The notes under the pieces were generated by a model. It had not been told where the DNA came from and searched no databases. It saw only the letters and a list, made by a program, of their open reading frames with translations. DNA of 64,000 bases from Fistulifera solaris (taxonomy: Eukaryota). Each line of letters begins with the position of its first letter. The stretch's first letter is position 1. The stretch lies in contig AP026126.1 in NCBI GenBank assembly GCA_030295235.1, forward strand, positions 1,860,001 through 1,924,000, read 5' to 3'. Below are positions 37,850 to 48,028 of the stretch, one piece after another. The position numbers were made by a program, and so were the translations under genes.

Positions 37850-38495
37850 ATGCCTCCTACGTACACTCTTTACACCCCAGAAGCATCGTTTCGAGCGTTC
37901 GCTACTTTAATTGCCGCCGAATACAACGCCGTCGCGGTTGATATCGTCACGGATGTCACAGCCGAGGACGCGAAGTCCCCCGTTGGCAAGTTGCCAGTGC
38001 TGGAGACACCTTCTGGAGAAAAAGATTTTTAGTTGTTATGCTGCCGCCCGTTTCATTGCTGGCTTGCGACGTGATACTGGTTTGACTGGAAATTCACCTG
38101 TGGAAGCGGCATTCGTCGACGCATGGATGGACTTTGTAGCTCAAGAGTTGGAACTACCAGCATGTGCATGGTTTTACCCCGCTGCAGGATACATGCCATT
38201 CAACAAGACCAGCTACGAAAAGTCAAAAGCGGATCTTGCGAAAGCTCTGCAAGTTCTAAACGGACATTTGAACGGCAAAGCATATCTCGTCGGCAACCAA
38301 ATTACTTTGGCGGACATCGTCGTGGCGTCTACCCTCCTGTATCCCTTTAAACTGGTGGCAGACCCGTCTTATTTGAAACCTTTCGACTACGTTCTGAAAT
38401 GGTTCACGAATTGCGTCAGCCAGGAAGAATTTCAACAGATTGTCGGACAAGTCACGATGTGTCAAAAAGAAATCATGGCACCAGGACAGTCTTAA
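37850..38495 (+). CDS. eEF1B-gamma-type GST-fold protein (GST domains only); frameshift near 38020
   Basis: SPVGKLPVLET, AFVDAWMDF and YLVGNQITLADIVVA. Confidence 0.82.
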
Positions 38496-38785
38496 CAAAA
38501 TTTAGATCTAACTCTTTCAGTTTGTAGTGGGTGTTTGAATTGATTGTACACGTTATTACTTGCTATTGACCGTGCGGATCATTCGCGTATCACGTACTTA
38601 TTGAACAAACATAAACACAAATGCTGATTCAGATACCGTACGCCCAGAAATTAAGTGCCCAATCTGATGAAATCAAAGAGCAACCTCGTCTAGCCAGTGT
38701 GAATGTAATGGCCTAAATAGGGAGAGGCTAAGAGACAAGGGGTCATAGAGTTATGATCAGCGACGGCACTGACGTCTGTCATCTG

Positions 38786-38834
38786 GAGACTGCGGGAAAT
38801 ATGATAATTATGAAAAATGGAAATAACATGAAAA
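38786..38834 (+). repeat. Left terminal inverted repeat
   Basis: gagactgcgggaaatatgataattatgaaaaatggaaataacatgaaaa. Confidence 0.95.
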
Positions 38835-39777
38835 TTTATTGTTTAATTCAACTGCAAAATTTCGAAAAATGGACAAACTGCTGCTACTTTACATAAAAAT
38901 AGATCAAAATACGAAAAATGAGATTTTGAGTTTTTCGTGGCTGAGAACTTAGCTCACGCTTACCTGGTAGCGCGGTTTCAGCGTTACTGGAGTCGAATGA
39001 GGCCGTCAGTCCGCTGCCGATGCCTGTGACGTATATACGGACCGACGACACAAGATTGGAAAACCTTGAGCCGAGTCGAGCAGTCGAGGGTCCAAACTCA
39101 AAGGTAAATAAAAATCTCGATGTTCTTATCGTCGTTGTTCACTATCATCCACATTGTAGCACATTCAGTTTCTGTGTCTTCCTGTGATTGACTGTCGAGT
39201 GCGGCGTGTGAAGTGTGAAGTCTGAAGGAATAAAGGATTATTGTACGATCTGGAGTCTGGAGTCTGGAGTCAGAAGTAGGAAGTTGCGAAGTAACACTGC
39301 CAACTGCCACGCACCATTCAAGAAATTTTTATGTAGTAACAATGATCAAAAATAGCTTTGATTTTTATAGCCTGCCGCGTCATAAGCCCCTTCAACTAGT
39401 GCCACCTGCCGCAAATTGATTTCTGTATGCCGAATGCCGACTGCCGACTGTGAGAGAAATTGCAGTAACAATTAACAATTCAATTTGGAACGCGGTACTG
39501 TCATATGATCGGCTCGCACTCGTGACTTCTTCTATATCGTGAATAGTAGGTGGTCTTGGCGACATCGTCCTTTTCCACGCTAAGCATTACAGTCTCCATT
39601 GAGACTCTCTTAAGTAGTAGGAGAGTTTCATGGAAGAATTGCCGTTCTCTTCCTCTCTCCATCTCGCACTTTGATCGTCAACCTTCAATTATCACGAGGG
39701 CCGGGAACTCCCACAAATAATCACAAATCACTCTGCGGCGACATTTCAAACGACAATAACAACAGATCTTATCAGCA

Positions 39778-41189
39778 ATGCCAAAGAAAAACGACAACGG
39801 CGACGGCGTTGATGCGAATCTTCCCGAAATGGGGTGAGGGTACAAAGGGCTGGCACACTCTCATCTTCATGCTGAGCAAGAAGATGATTTCAGTCGAAAG
39901 TAAATCTGCTGGTGGTCAAGGACCGGCAGAGGTGAAACCATGAGCCCTCTCTTCAAATACAAATTGGCCAACTTTACCGCCAATCTTGATAAGATTCGGG
40001 AAGAATTGGAATGGGAAGAAAAAAGAGTGGCTCAAAATCTTGGACACCAACGAAGTCGACCCAGAAATTCTTGCAAAGGCCGGGAGCAGCGGGAAATGGG
40101 GGAAATGCGGAAAGCGAAGGTGGTGGTGACGACGACGACGATGATGATAACGGCGATGCCGGTTTGGGTGATCTAGACAATGAATTAGGTGGTAAGCGTT
40201 CTTCTGCTTCTAGATTTTTTTCTTCTATCTGACAAATTTCCATTTTTTACAGGCATGAACTTGGATCCGGAAGGTGATGCTGAGAAGAAAGCAACACCAA
40301 AGAAAGACATCAAGAAGCCAGACTGGGAAGAAATCGTGCTGCCGAACCTTGTGATCGGATGGATGGGTTCAAACCAGAAGCAGAATCTGACAGTTATCGC
40401 ACGCCTTCCTGCAGGGCTTCGCGCACTCCAGCTCCAGGAAGTGGTTTGAAGAGCTACGTCACTGCGTACATTGAAAATTCCCTCACAGCCACAATCGCTA
40501 TTGATGTGACTGACGATACTATCCATGATCCTATCAAATTCTCACGACAAATTCTGGGGTCAGCGCCAAATTCGGTACAGAGCACGTGAAAGTTGTCGGA
40601 CACCACACTGCAGTCCGTCTTCTCAAGAACAACAACCCTCGCAAGCGCATCATCAAAAAGTGCCGCATCCAATTGCCTTTTGAAGTCGAACTTCAGTGGA
40701 ATCCTGATATCCCGACGGTCGAGCAGCTGGTCATGCTCAAAATTGGAGTAGACGGTAGTCAAGAGCAAAACGTTGTCATGGAGATGAAGGAAGCCCTTGC
40801 AAAGGAATTCAAAAGCCACAACGTTTCTGTCGCATGGGATACTTGTTATGATGACGAACCAGTAGTAGCTACGAATGATGGAGCGGCCACTGGTGCTGCG
40901 GCAAATGTTCCACGCTCGGAAGATGATGATGAAGGCGATGAAATGGACATTGACCGAGACCCCAAGAAAACGCCAAGTCTTACGTTGCGAGACCGACCGC
41001 ACGAAGAACCTACGCGACTTTGTTGACCATCTGATGAAAGGAGTTCCGGTTGAGACTGTGAATGAGACAGATGAAAAGGAGAAGGATGACGGAAAGAAGA
41101 CAAAGACGGTTCCTATTGGCCAGCCGAAGATGGCTCTCATTACAAGACTGATACGAATCACGCCACAGCTTAAACGCTTACGAGGATAA
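39778..41189 (+). CDS. Transposon accessory gene A: putative N-terminal DNA-binding helical domain, acidic linker and the shared accessory domain; multiple frameshifts; intron 40192-40252
   Basis: Chain of overlapping + ORFs (39671, 39940, 40011, 40189, 40359, 40586, 40875); phase-consistent GT-AG intron; HVKVVGHH...LK...IQLPFEV...MEM shared with genes B and C. Confidence 0.7.
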
Positions 41190-41271
41190 AAGCTGATTGG
41201 CTTTGTCTAGTATATATTTCTACAACTATTATAGTATATCGTAATGTATTTGATGCTAGATTGCTTTATCA

Positions 41272-41911
41272 TCAAGTTTGAGGCATGCGAATATTGCGTT
41301 TGGCACCCTGAGCTAAAGGAGAATAGAAACCGTCGTATTCTCCTTGCATTTCCAAACCTGCTGTAATCTCAGGACAGTTCCGCGCTCCCATAAAAGCAAT
41401 GCGAGATCCACTCGGATACTCCTCCGCAATCGAACAAAAGTTAGGTAGTACCGCCATTGGTAGTTTCTGCTTGTGAACATAAACAATAGAATTTGCCATT
41501 GATGTCGTCTTGAGGTCTTTGATAGCCTTCATATGGGCGACAACCTTTGGGTGTGTTTCCGAGTAAGCAGCCCCGTTGTTGCGTGACACAGCACGCCAGA
41601 ATTCTGCAGGCATCATCATGTACGAATTGTCCCCCTTCATCCGAATCTCAGTTTCGGTCCGAGACTCGTTAATGGAGCAATGGACATCCGCTTGGTCAAC
41701 ACCAGAGAGCAGAACTGTCTGCTGTGACAATCGCTTGTACTCCAGGTCTTCCCATTTGTAAAGGAGTGAGCCTGGGAGTTTGACAGGGACTTCAATGGTT
41801 CTCACACGTTCGTCGTTATCGTCGTAGTCTGGGTCGAAGCATCAAAGAAAACGGATCAGTTAGCAAGAAATTGTTGAAGCCGATTAAACAGGAACGCTAC
41901 ATACCAGCCAT
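41272..41911 (-). CDS. Transposon accessory gene B (187 aa; intron 41829-41904)
   Basis: ATGGCTG, then intron gtatgt...gctaac...cag, then ACTAC gives MADYDDNDERVRTIEVPVKLP in frame with ORF 41272-41805. Confidence 0.8.
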
Positions 41912-42213
41912 TATGGATTTTTTCAAGAGGACATTGTCAACAAGATGCAAGATGCAATTGAAATGAGCTTGGCCAAGGTCAACGAATCGCAGCGATTTGC
42001 ATAGTGAGTGCTTGCTGCGGGCGCACTGCTCGTGCTCGGTCTTTTGTCAAAGGAGCGAAAAAAGCCCAGAACTTGCGAAGTGTGTGTGTCTTCTGTAAAA
42101 TAATAATGATGAATATCAAACTTCACTTGGTACGCTTCATTGTTCTATAGTTATAGATTAAACAAGCCCAGTACACTGTACTAATGAGCCAAAGGAATTT
42201 TATGTTTTTGTTA

Positions 42214-42450
42214 CGTTATGTTATGTTATGATTTGTTATGTTATGTTATGTTATGTTATGTTTTGTTATGTTTAGTTAGGTTCAGTTATGTTTTTACTAC
42301 TCGAAAAAAAAGATGGTACAACTTTTGTGTAGATTCTACTCGATTCACGAGTACATTTTTCAGACACGTTATGTTATGTTATGTTTTGTTATGTTATGTT
42401 AGGTTATGTTATGTTATGTTATGTTATGTTATGGTATGGTATGTTATGGT
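42214..42450. repeat. (TTATG)n pentanucleotide microsatellite in two blocks
   Basis: Runs at about 42214-42290 and 42368-42450. Confidence 0.95.
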
Positions 42451-42961
42451 ATTCTTTTCTGTAATGTTTTCAGTAATAAGTTATGATTTCAGTACAAAAT
42501 GTATATAGAGAACAAGGAACACGTTGAACTGTCAATTTCTCTGTATCTTTCTAAACGAGCTTCTTCCTTTGTCATACTCGATACTCGATACTCGATCCGT
42601 CAACATTAACGACTGATTACTGATCAAGATGCATACTCTGAGTTTCTACTGTAGCTCCATTCCCAGTTTCGCTTCCCCTCATTCTAGTGTACCGAGTGTG
42701 TGTGTGTGTGTTGAGTGTTGAGGTGTTGAGTGATGGATTGGACAGTCTCGAGGAGGAGGAGGAGTCGTCTCGAGTGTGTGTGTTTTTCGTGTGATGATGA
42801 TGAGATGAAAAGGACGACACGCTGGTGCGCACTGCCTGTTGCGGTTTCCGCCATCATCATTCTTGTCACAGCTCAAATCCGATTCTCCAGTCAAGCCCAA
42901 ATTCTTACGGAATCTCAGAAGCCTCACCAACTTTCAAAAATACACAAATATCACGAAAACC

Positions 42962-44281
42962 ATGTCTGAGTTTGGCGAGAGCGAAGAGACCGTCATTATT
43001 GAGGGGAAACTCCCCGCGTCCCTCATATATAGCTGGCATGATAGGCATGCCAATCTTCGCATTTCACAATACACAAACCTTCTTTCTGGTCTCCGTCAAC
43101 GAACCGCATATGGTAGAGAAATTGTTGAATGTTGTGTTGATGAAGAAGGGACTGAAATTATGATTGACATCACGGACTCTGCCATGTTCCGCGACGATTT
43201 CTTTGTCAACTACGGCAATAGAAGCGAGGATCACCCGCTTGTCGTTGCGCATAGGCTGAAAATGAAGGAACTCAAAGGTGACAGCAAGAAGATACTGTTC
43301 TCGCATCGTGAGACTATCGAAGAAGGCACGGTCACACTGAAAAGAATGGATGATATTGATTCTCAAGCCTTCCGTATCATTAGAAGGAACAATACATCTG
43401 GGGAAGAAACAGATACTGTTGCAGCAATTGAAATGGAAAGTAACTCTTTGAACTTTGTAGGTCAGGAGCACGGCCAGCTCAAAACACTTTCTATGCCGGA
43501 TCGAATGGACACGACTCCTTCTACTGAGTCGAGCCAGGAGCCGCAAATGGCTTTGAACGAGCTATCTGTGGCTGACATGATTCAGCAACCGAACCACCAG
43601 CCTGTCTTTCAAACACTGACACGCGATGTCACTGTAGCAAAGCAGGAACACAGCGAGGATTCTTTTATTTCTACTTTCGTGGAGCAGCAAACTGTTGTAC
43701 AGCAGCTTTCGAAAAGATCCATTGTAAGCTCGGGTGGCTCACTAACCAAAGCCCTTGTGTCGGATGCGTCTTATGAGATGAGCCGCAAGGTCAAAAGCCG
43801 CGGCCGAGATTCAACGTTCGACCAGACTTGGACGGATTCACAAAAGAAAACAGCAGACCAGCTAGTTACATCCGAAGTGCATGGCAACCTACCTGGGACA
43901 AACGACGGACTGATGTCAGCATTCAACGAGAATATGGGTGCTTGGTATACCATCAAGATAGGAGAAACAGCAGAGATACCAAGTGTTGCAGCAAGACTCG
44001 CGAATCTCCGCCCTACCCGACCATCATCTCTCTCAAGGGCGATAGCTGCGATACCAGCTAATCCTTCAGATGACGTAGCTGAACAAGCATTGGCTCTAAA
44101 TCAAGTGCCAATTGACGTGGAAATGAATTACGAATCACTGGGAAAACGTGATTTTGAATTTTTCAGTACGAGTGTTGACGCTGGAAAGGAACCGAGGCAC
44201 GGGGGGGAGATTGTTGTGTACGAGGGCAACCAAACTTCAAGTAACCTTGTTCACACTGCCAAGAAACCGAAAAGCCCTTGA
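42962..44281 (+). CDS. Transposon accessory gene C (439 aa): shared accessory domain plus long polar tail
   Basis: Intact ORF from ATG 42962; KLPASLIYSW...LLSG...SEDHPLVVAH...KELK homologous to gene B. Confidence 0.8.
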   Translation: MSEFGESEETVIIEGKLPASLIYSWHDRHANLRISQYTNLLSGLRQRTAYGREIVECCVDEEGTEIMIDITDSAMFRDDFFVNYGNRSEDHPLVVAHRLKMKELKGDSKKILFSHRETIEEGTVTLKRMDDIDSQAFRIIRRNNTSGEETDTVAAIEMESNSLNFVGQEHGQLKTLSMPDRMDTTPSTESSQEPQMALNELSVADMIQQPNHQPVFQTLTRDVTVAKQEHSEDSFISTFVEQQTVVQQLSKRSIVSSGGSLTKALVSDASYEMSRKVKSRGRDSTFDQTWTDSQKKTADQLVTSEVHGNLPGTNDGLMSAFNENMGAWYTIKIGETAEIPSVAARLANLRPTRPSSLSRAIAAIPANPSDDVAEQALALNQVPIDVEMNYESLGKRDFEFFSTSVDAGKEPRHGGEIVVYEGNQTSSNLVHTAKKPKSP

Positions 44282-44421
44282 TTCGCACCTGTAATCCTTG
44301 AGGAAGGCACCCACCAAGAACCAAAAATCTGAAGAAGAATAAATTGCGCGCCTATTCTCATTCATTCGATTAAAGTTTGCATGCTATAGGTTAATTGAAT
44401 GATATTTATCTACTTTAGTGT

Positions 44422-45352
44422 CTACTTCGGTAGAGAGTTGATAGGGTTATCGGTTTTTAGTCGAAGCTGTACAACCGATGCAACTGCTCGGAAGTAATAA
44501 ACATGCCGTTTCAATTCATGTCGGAATTGCTGGCGCAGACATCCAAACCGCTTAATTCGTTGATTTACGTTTTCATGACGCGCCAAAGATTTTCCAATCA
44601 AAATCAATTTCCCTTTCTGATGACCACGATTTTTTATTGTCAGCTGGGAGATCGAACGATAGCCTTGGTCTGCTATTCCTTTTTCACCCTTCGAAAGCTG
44701 ACCGGCAAGGTTTCGTCGAAAAATCTTTGAATCAGGAAATTCCCCGCAAGGAAAAGGGCCATTGATCCAGATCATTTCACTGTCAAAAAGCGAGACAGCA
44801 ATTTCATAACGTAGTCCGGCGCTTCTGAATTTGTGCGAATACCATTTGGGCGAAAACGGACTCGGTTCGTTAATCGGACAGTCAGTCCCATCAACCGAAA
44901 ATGTATGAATACCAGATTTCGTTCGGCTGTTCCACTTTATCTATAAGAAAACATATTGTTAGCGATATACAAAGTGCAACAGGTAATCAGCGCAAAAGAC
45001 TTACCAATCGAGTAGAGAGCAATGCCAGTGCAGTGATAAACTGGTCGGACCACTTTCGAAAGGTCTTTTCATCGCATCCGGCCATGCCACTTAAAACTTC
45101 CTCTGTTGCATAAACTTTCAATTTCAGTAGGGCCCAAAGCAGATGCTTGAAGCGTCCATTCTCAGGGACTTTCAATAAGATCCACAGCTGAGAGCATTGT
45201 GTTGGCGATACGCCAAAGTGCGACATGAAGCGTCGCGTTTGAACCAAAGTGGGCTTGTAGCTGCGCATGTCCAGCGACTCGCCCATTATGAAACACCCAC
45301 TTCTCAAGAACTCTCTAGTCTGATTAGAAGAATAATTAAACTGTATCTTCAT
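44422..45352 (-). CDS. PIF/Harbinger-type DDE transposase (about 288 aa; intron 44941-45004)
   Basis: Spliced product has an HTH-like N-terminus (HLLWALLKLKVY...DEKTFRKW), then SVDGTDCPI, WYSHKF..GLRYE, IADQGY and RHENVNQRIK, giving the D-D-E triad. Confidence 0.92.
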
Positions 45353-45846
45353 CGTAACTTGATGATCCAATCACCAAGAAAAATTCTACTTGTTGACAGC
45401 TGAATGGCTGAATGTGCGAGAGCGTGACAAATCGCAACTTTCTGTTTGTGTGTGTACGGAGTCGAGGACTCTATCGCCAAATGTCGTTGCCAGTTGCCAG
45501 GATGGTGGCATTGTCATATATGTGCTTGTGTATCGTTTCCACTGTACTTTGTAGGCTCCACGCTCCACGCTGCACGATTTTTTCAGCACTACGAACCACG
45601 ACTGAGGTCAGGATTTCAGTCTCTGTTGTTGGTCCGTATGACCGTCTCGTACTTGGTACGTAGCACGTAGCACAGTACTGCACCGGCAACTGCAGTGTGC
45701 AATTTTTCTACAATCTCTGCGAATTCAGAGTTCGCATCCAGGAAAAATTCAAAATCGCATTTTTTGTATTTTTTCTGTTTTTTAAAGAAAAATCAACAGT
45801 GCGCCTTGATTCAAAGGACATTTTACAGGTACATCAATGCCTATCT

Positions 45847-45895
45847 TTTTCGTGTTATTTCCAGTTTTCATAGTTATCATATTTCCCGCAGTCTC
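45847..45895 (-). repeat. Right terminal inverted repeat
   Basis: ttttcgtgttatttccagttttcatagttatcatatttcccgcagtctc is the reverse complement of the left TIR with 3 mismatches. Confidence 0.95.
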
Positions 45896-46078
45896 CTGTC
45901 GCTTCCGTTTTACTACTGAGTAAACAATAGCAAAATAAAAATTGCACCGCATCGCGTTCGCGACATAGACTGCATTATTTCATTTGGTCGAAAAAGTAAC
46001 AATAAAATGCTATCGAATATGCGATGCATGTCTCCATTGGGCTAAGGTTGCTTGCGTGAATAGATATCAACGACTAAA

Positions 46079-46840
46079 ATGCGGACTACTCTGCTGACTA
46101 TTTTGTTTTGCCTTCAATACAGAACGGGGCAAGGCTTTGTTCTCAACTCACATCGAGGAGGCGTTGTAAAGCGATTTCTCAACGACTACAGCGACGGTAT
46201 TCCTACAGAAATAAAAAACGCTGTCTTGAAGTCTGTCTATCTGGATATGGTCAATTTCAGTCGAGAAAATGGTAACCCGAATATCCCTTTGGGAAGTAAA
46301 GAAGGTCGGCAATGTGAGCAGCTTCGGCGTTTGGCTGTTCAAGGAAAGTTAAGCGAACAGGAAATGGAGTTGCTGCAGAAAATGAATTTTCGATTTTACA
46401 GTCTTGAACAGGTTTACGAAACTGCCGACTTTGACGAACTCTACGGTAAATTGGTGAAGTACAGGGATGAAAACGACGGGGACGTTTCACCACCAAAAAA
46501 ATACAACAAAGACCCAGAGTTAGGTGCCTGGGTCACAGGAATTCGCCGCAAAGGGAAAGACTACCTTGATCCGGATCACGTAAAGAAATTGGATGCTATA
46601 CAATTTGATTGGGTCAGTCCTCGTGGTTGCGGAAGCCAGTTCATGACGCAGTATCGCGATTTGCTACGGCGTAAATCACAAGGCGAGGACATATTTCAGG
46701 ACGAAGCAGCGCGTAAATGGTTACGAGCTCAACAAGAAGCTGCAAAGCGAGGCACTCTCAGTGAGACTAGGCGCCATTACATGGAAGCGCTCATGCAAGG
46801 AAAGGACTGGGTAACTGACAAATTGCCGCGACAGACGTGA
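46079..46840 (+). CDS. Helicase-associated (HA) domain protein with signal peptide
   Basis: FDELYGKLVKYRDENDGD...DPELGAWVTGIR...LDAIQFDW HA repeat; leader ending GQG-F. Confidence 0.75.
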   Translation: MRTTLLTILFCLQYRTGQGFVLNSHRGGVVKRFLNDYSDGIPTEIKNAVLKSVYLDMVNFSRENGNPNIPLGSKEGRQCEQLRRLAVQGKLSEQEMELLQKMNFRFYSLEQVYETADFDELYGKLVKYRDENDGDVSPPKKYNKDPELGAWVTGIRRKGKDYLDPDHVKKLDAIQFDWVSPRGCGSQFMTQYRDLLRRKSQGEDIFQDEAARKWLRAQQEAAKRGTLSETRRHYMEALMQGKDWVTDKLPRQT

Positions 46841-48028
46841 CATCGTTTGGTGTTGGCTGAGAGAAGAGAGAGCTACAAGTACTCCGTAATCTTTTACTGT
46901 CGCGTCACTTTGTCATCTAAACTAAGGGCTGTCCCTGACATCTTTTTCCTGAAAAATCTAATTTTTAGTGAGCATAATATCATCATCTTAGCTTGCACCA
47001 TGCACATGACGATGTGTTTTCAAATTTATTTATTCATACAGAAAAGTGAAGAATGCGTCGTGTGTCTGACGTGAGATCGTCGATTCCATTCACGCATCTT
47101 CGCCCAAGCTCAAGAGAACCTGAGTTTATTAAAGCTTCACCTTTCGGCTTTCGGTGCACGACAAATAACACGACATCAACAATCAACATGGAACCAAGGA
47201 ACACGCAACATGCATCCTTAAAGTTTTCTTGATAGTGTTATGTAGTGTCTCTAAATCCAAAAGTCCTGAGCCCTTCGTACGATTAGGAAAGCTTTCTATT
47301 TTTTAAATGTTCGTGGAAATTTCACTGTATTTTTAATATCCGTTGACGCGAGGTAGTCGTAATCGCTGTCTTGGAATTCCATTAGGCATATGTGAATAGA
47401 AATAATGAAATAATACAGCATGTTTGAGAAGCTCGAGTATAGTCGTTTGTGTTTTCTGGTCACCAGTCATTAGTTACTCAACTTGAACAGTGAAACATGG
47501 AACATGGAACTCCATATAGAACATTCGATATGCACGGAAGTCAAAAGAAAGAAAAAAGATACCTCCCGCTGCTTACTATCCGCTACTCGCTACTCGCTAC
47601 AAAGGCTTACAGAAGTTCTTTGGTCGAATATCTATCTTCCGTTAGGATTTAATCAACAGCTCATTTTACTGTTTAGCAAATAGAACGAGAATTTCTGTTC
47701 ATTATTCTGAAACCGAACTTACTATAGTCGTCGTATGTATCATTTGCCGTCTGTTTTTAGATTTTTTTAGATCAACCTGGTTTTCAAAGGAAATCATTGT
47801 AACCATAGAAATTAGTACTTTTGAAGTATCGTCGATAAATATTAACGGGCTTCATCACTATTTACACGACCTTTTACGTGGAGAAGCGGAAATAGCCACA
47901 ATACACCATTTCACACCACGAAACGAACAGACCCGGTTCTTTTGAGTCGTCGTTGCGAACGCTTTGGCGAAATTGCTGTCGTAGTTCACGGTTTTGCACC
48001 AAGCGTCAGAAATAAAGAATAAACATAC

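Larger units (their letters stand above)
38786..45895. mobile_element. Full-length PIF/Harbinger (PHIS)-type DNA transposon, 7110 bp, with transposase and three accessory genes
   Basis: TIRs starting GAGACTGCGGGAAATATGATAA (46/49 identical), CTG duplicated on both flanks (38783-38785 and 45896-45898), and a DDE_Tnp_4-like transposase inside. Confidence 0.93.

Noticed and set aside
42214..42450. Interstitial telomeric repeat
   Set aside because: The unit is TTATG, lacks the G run of TTAGGG-type telomeres, and lies inside a transposon.
42218..42508. ORF with MLCYV repeats
   Set aside because: Artefact of the (TTATG)n microsatellite.
38785..45896. Alternative element ends GGAGAC...GTCTCC (one base longer)
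   Set aside because: These ends leave no TSD; ends at 38786 and 45895 give a perfect CTG duplication.
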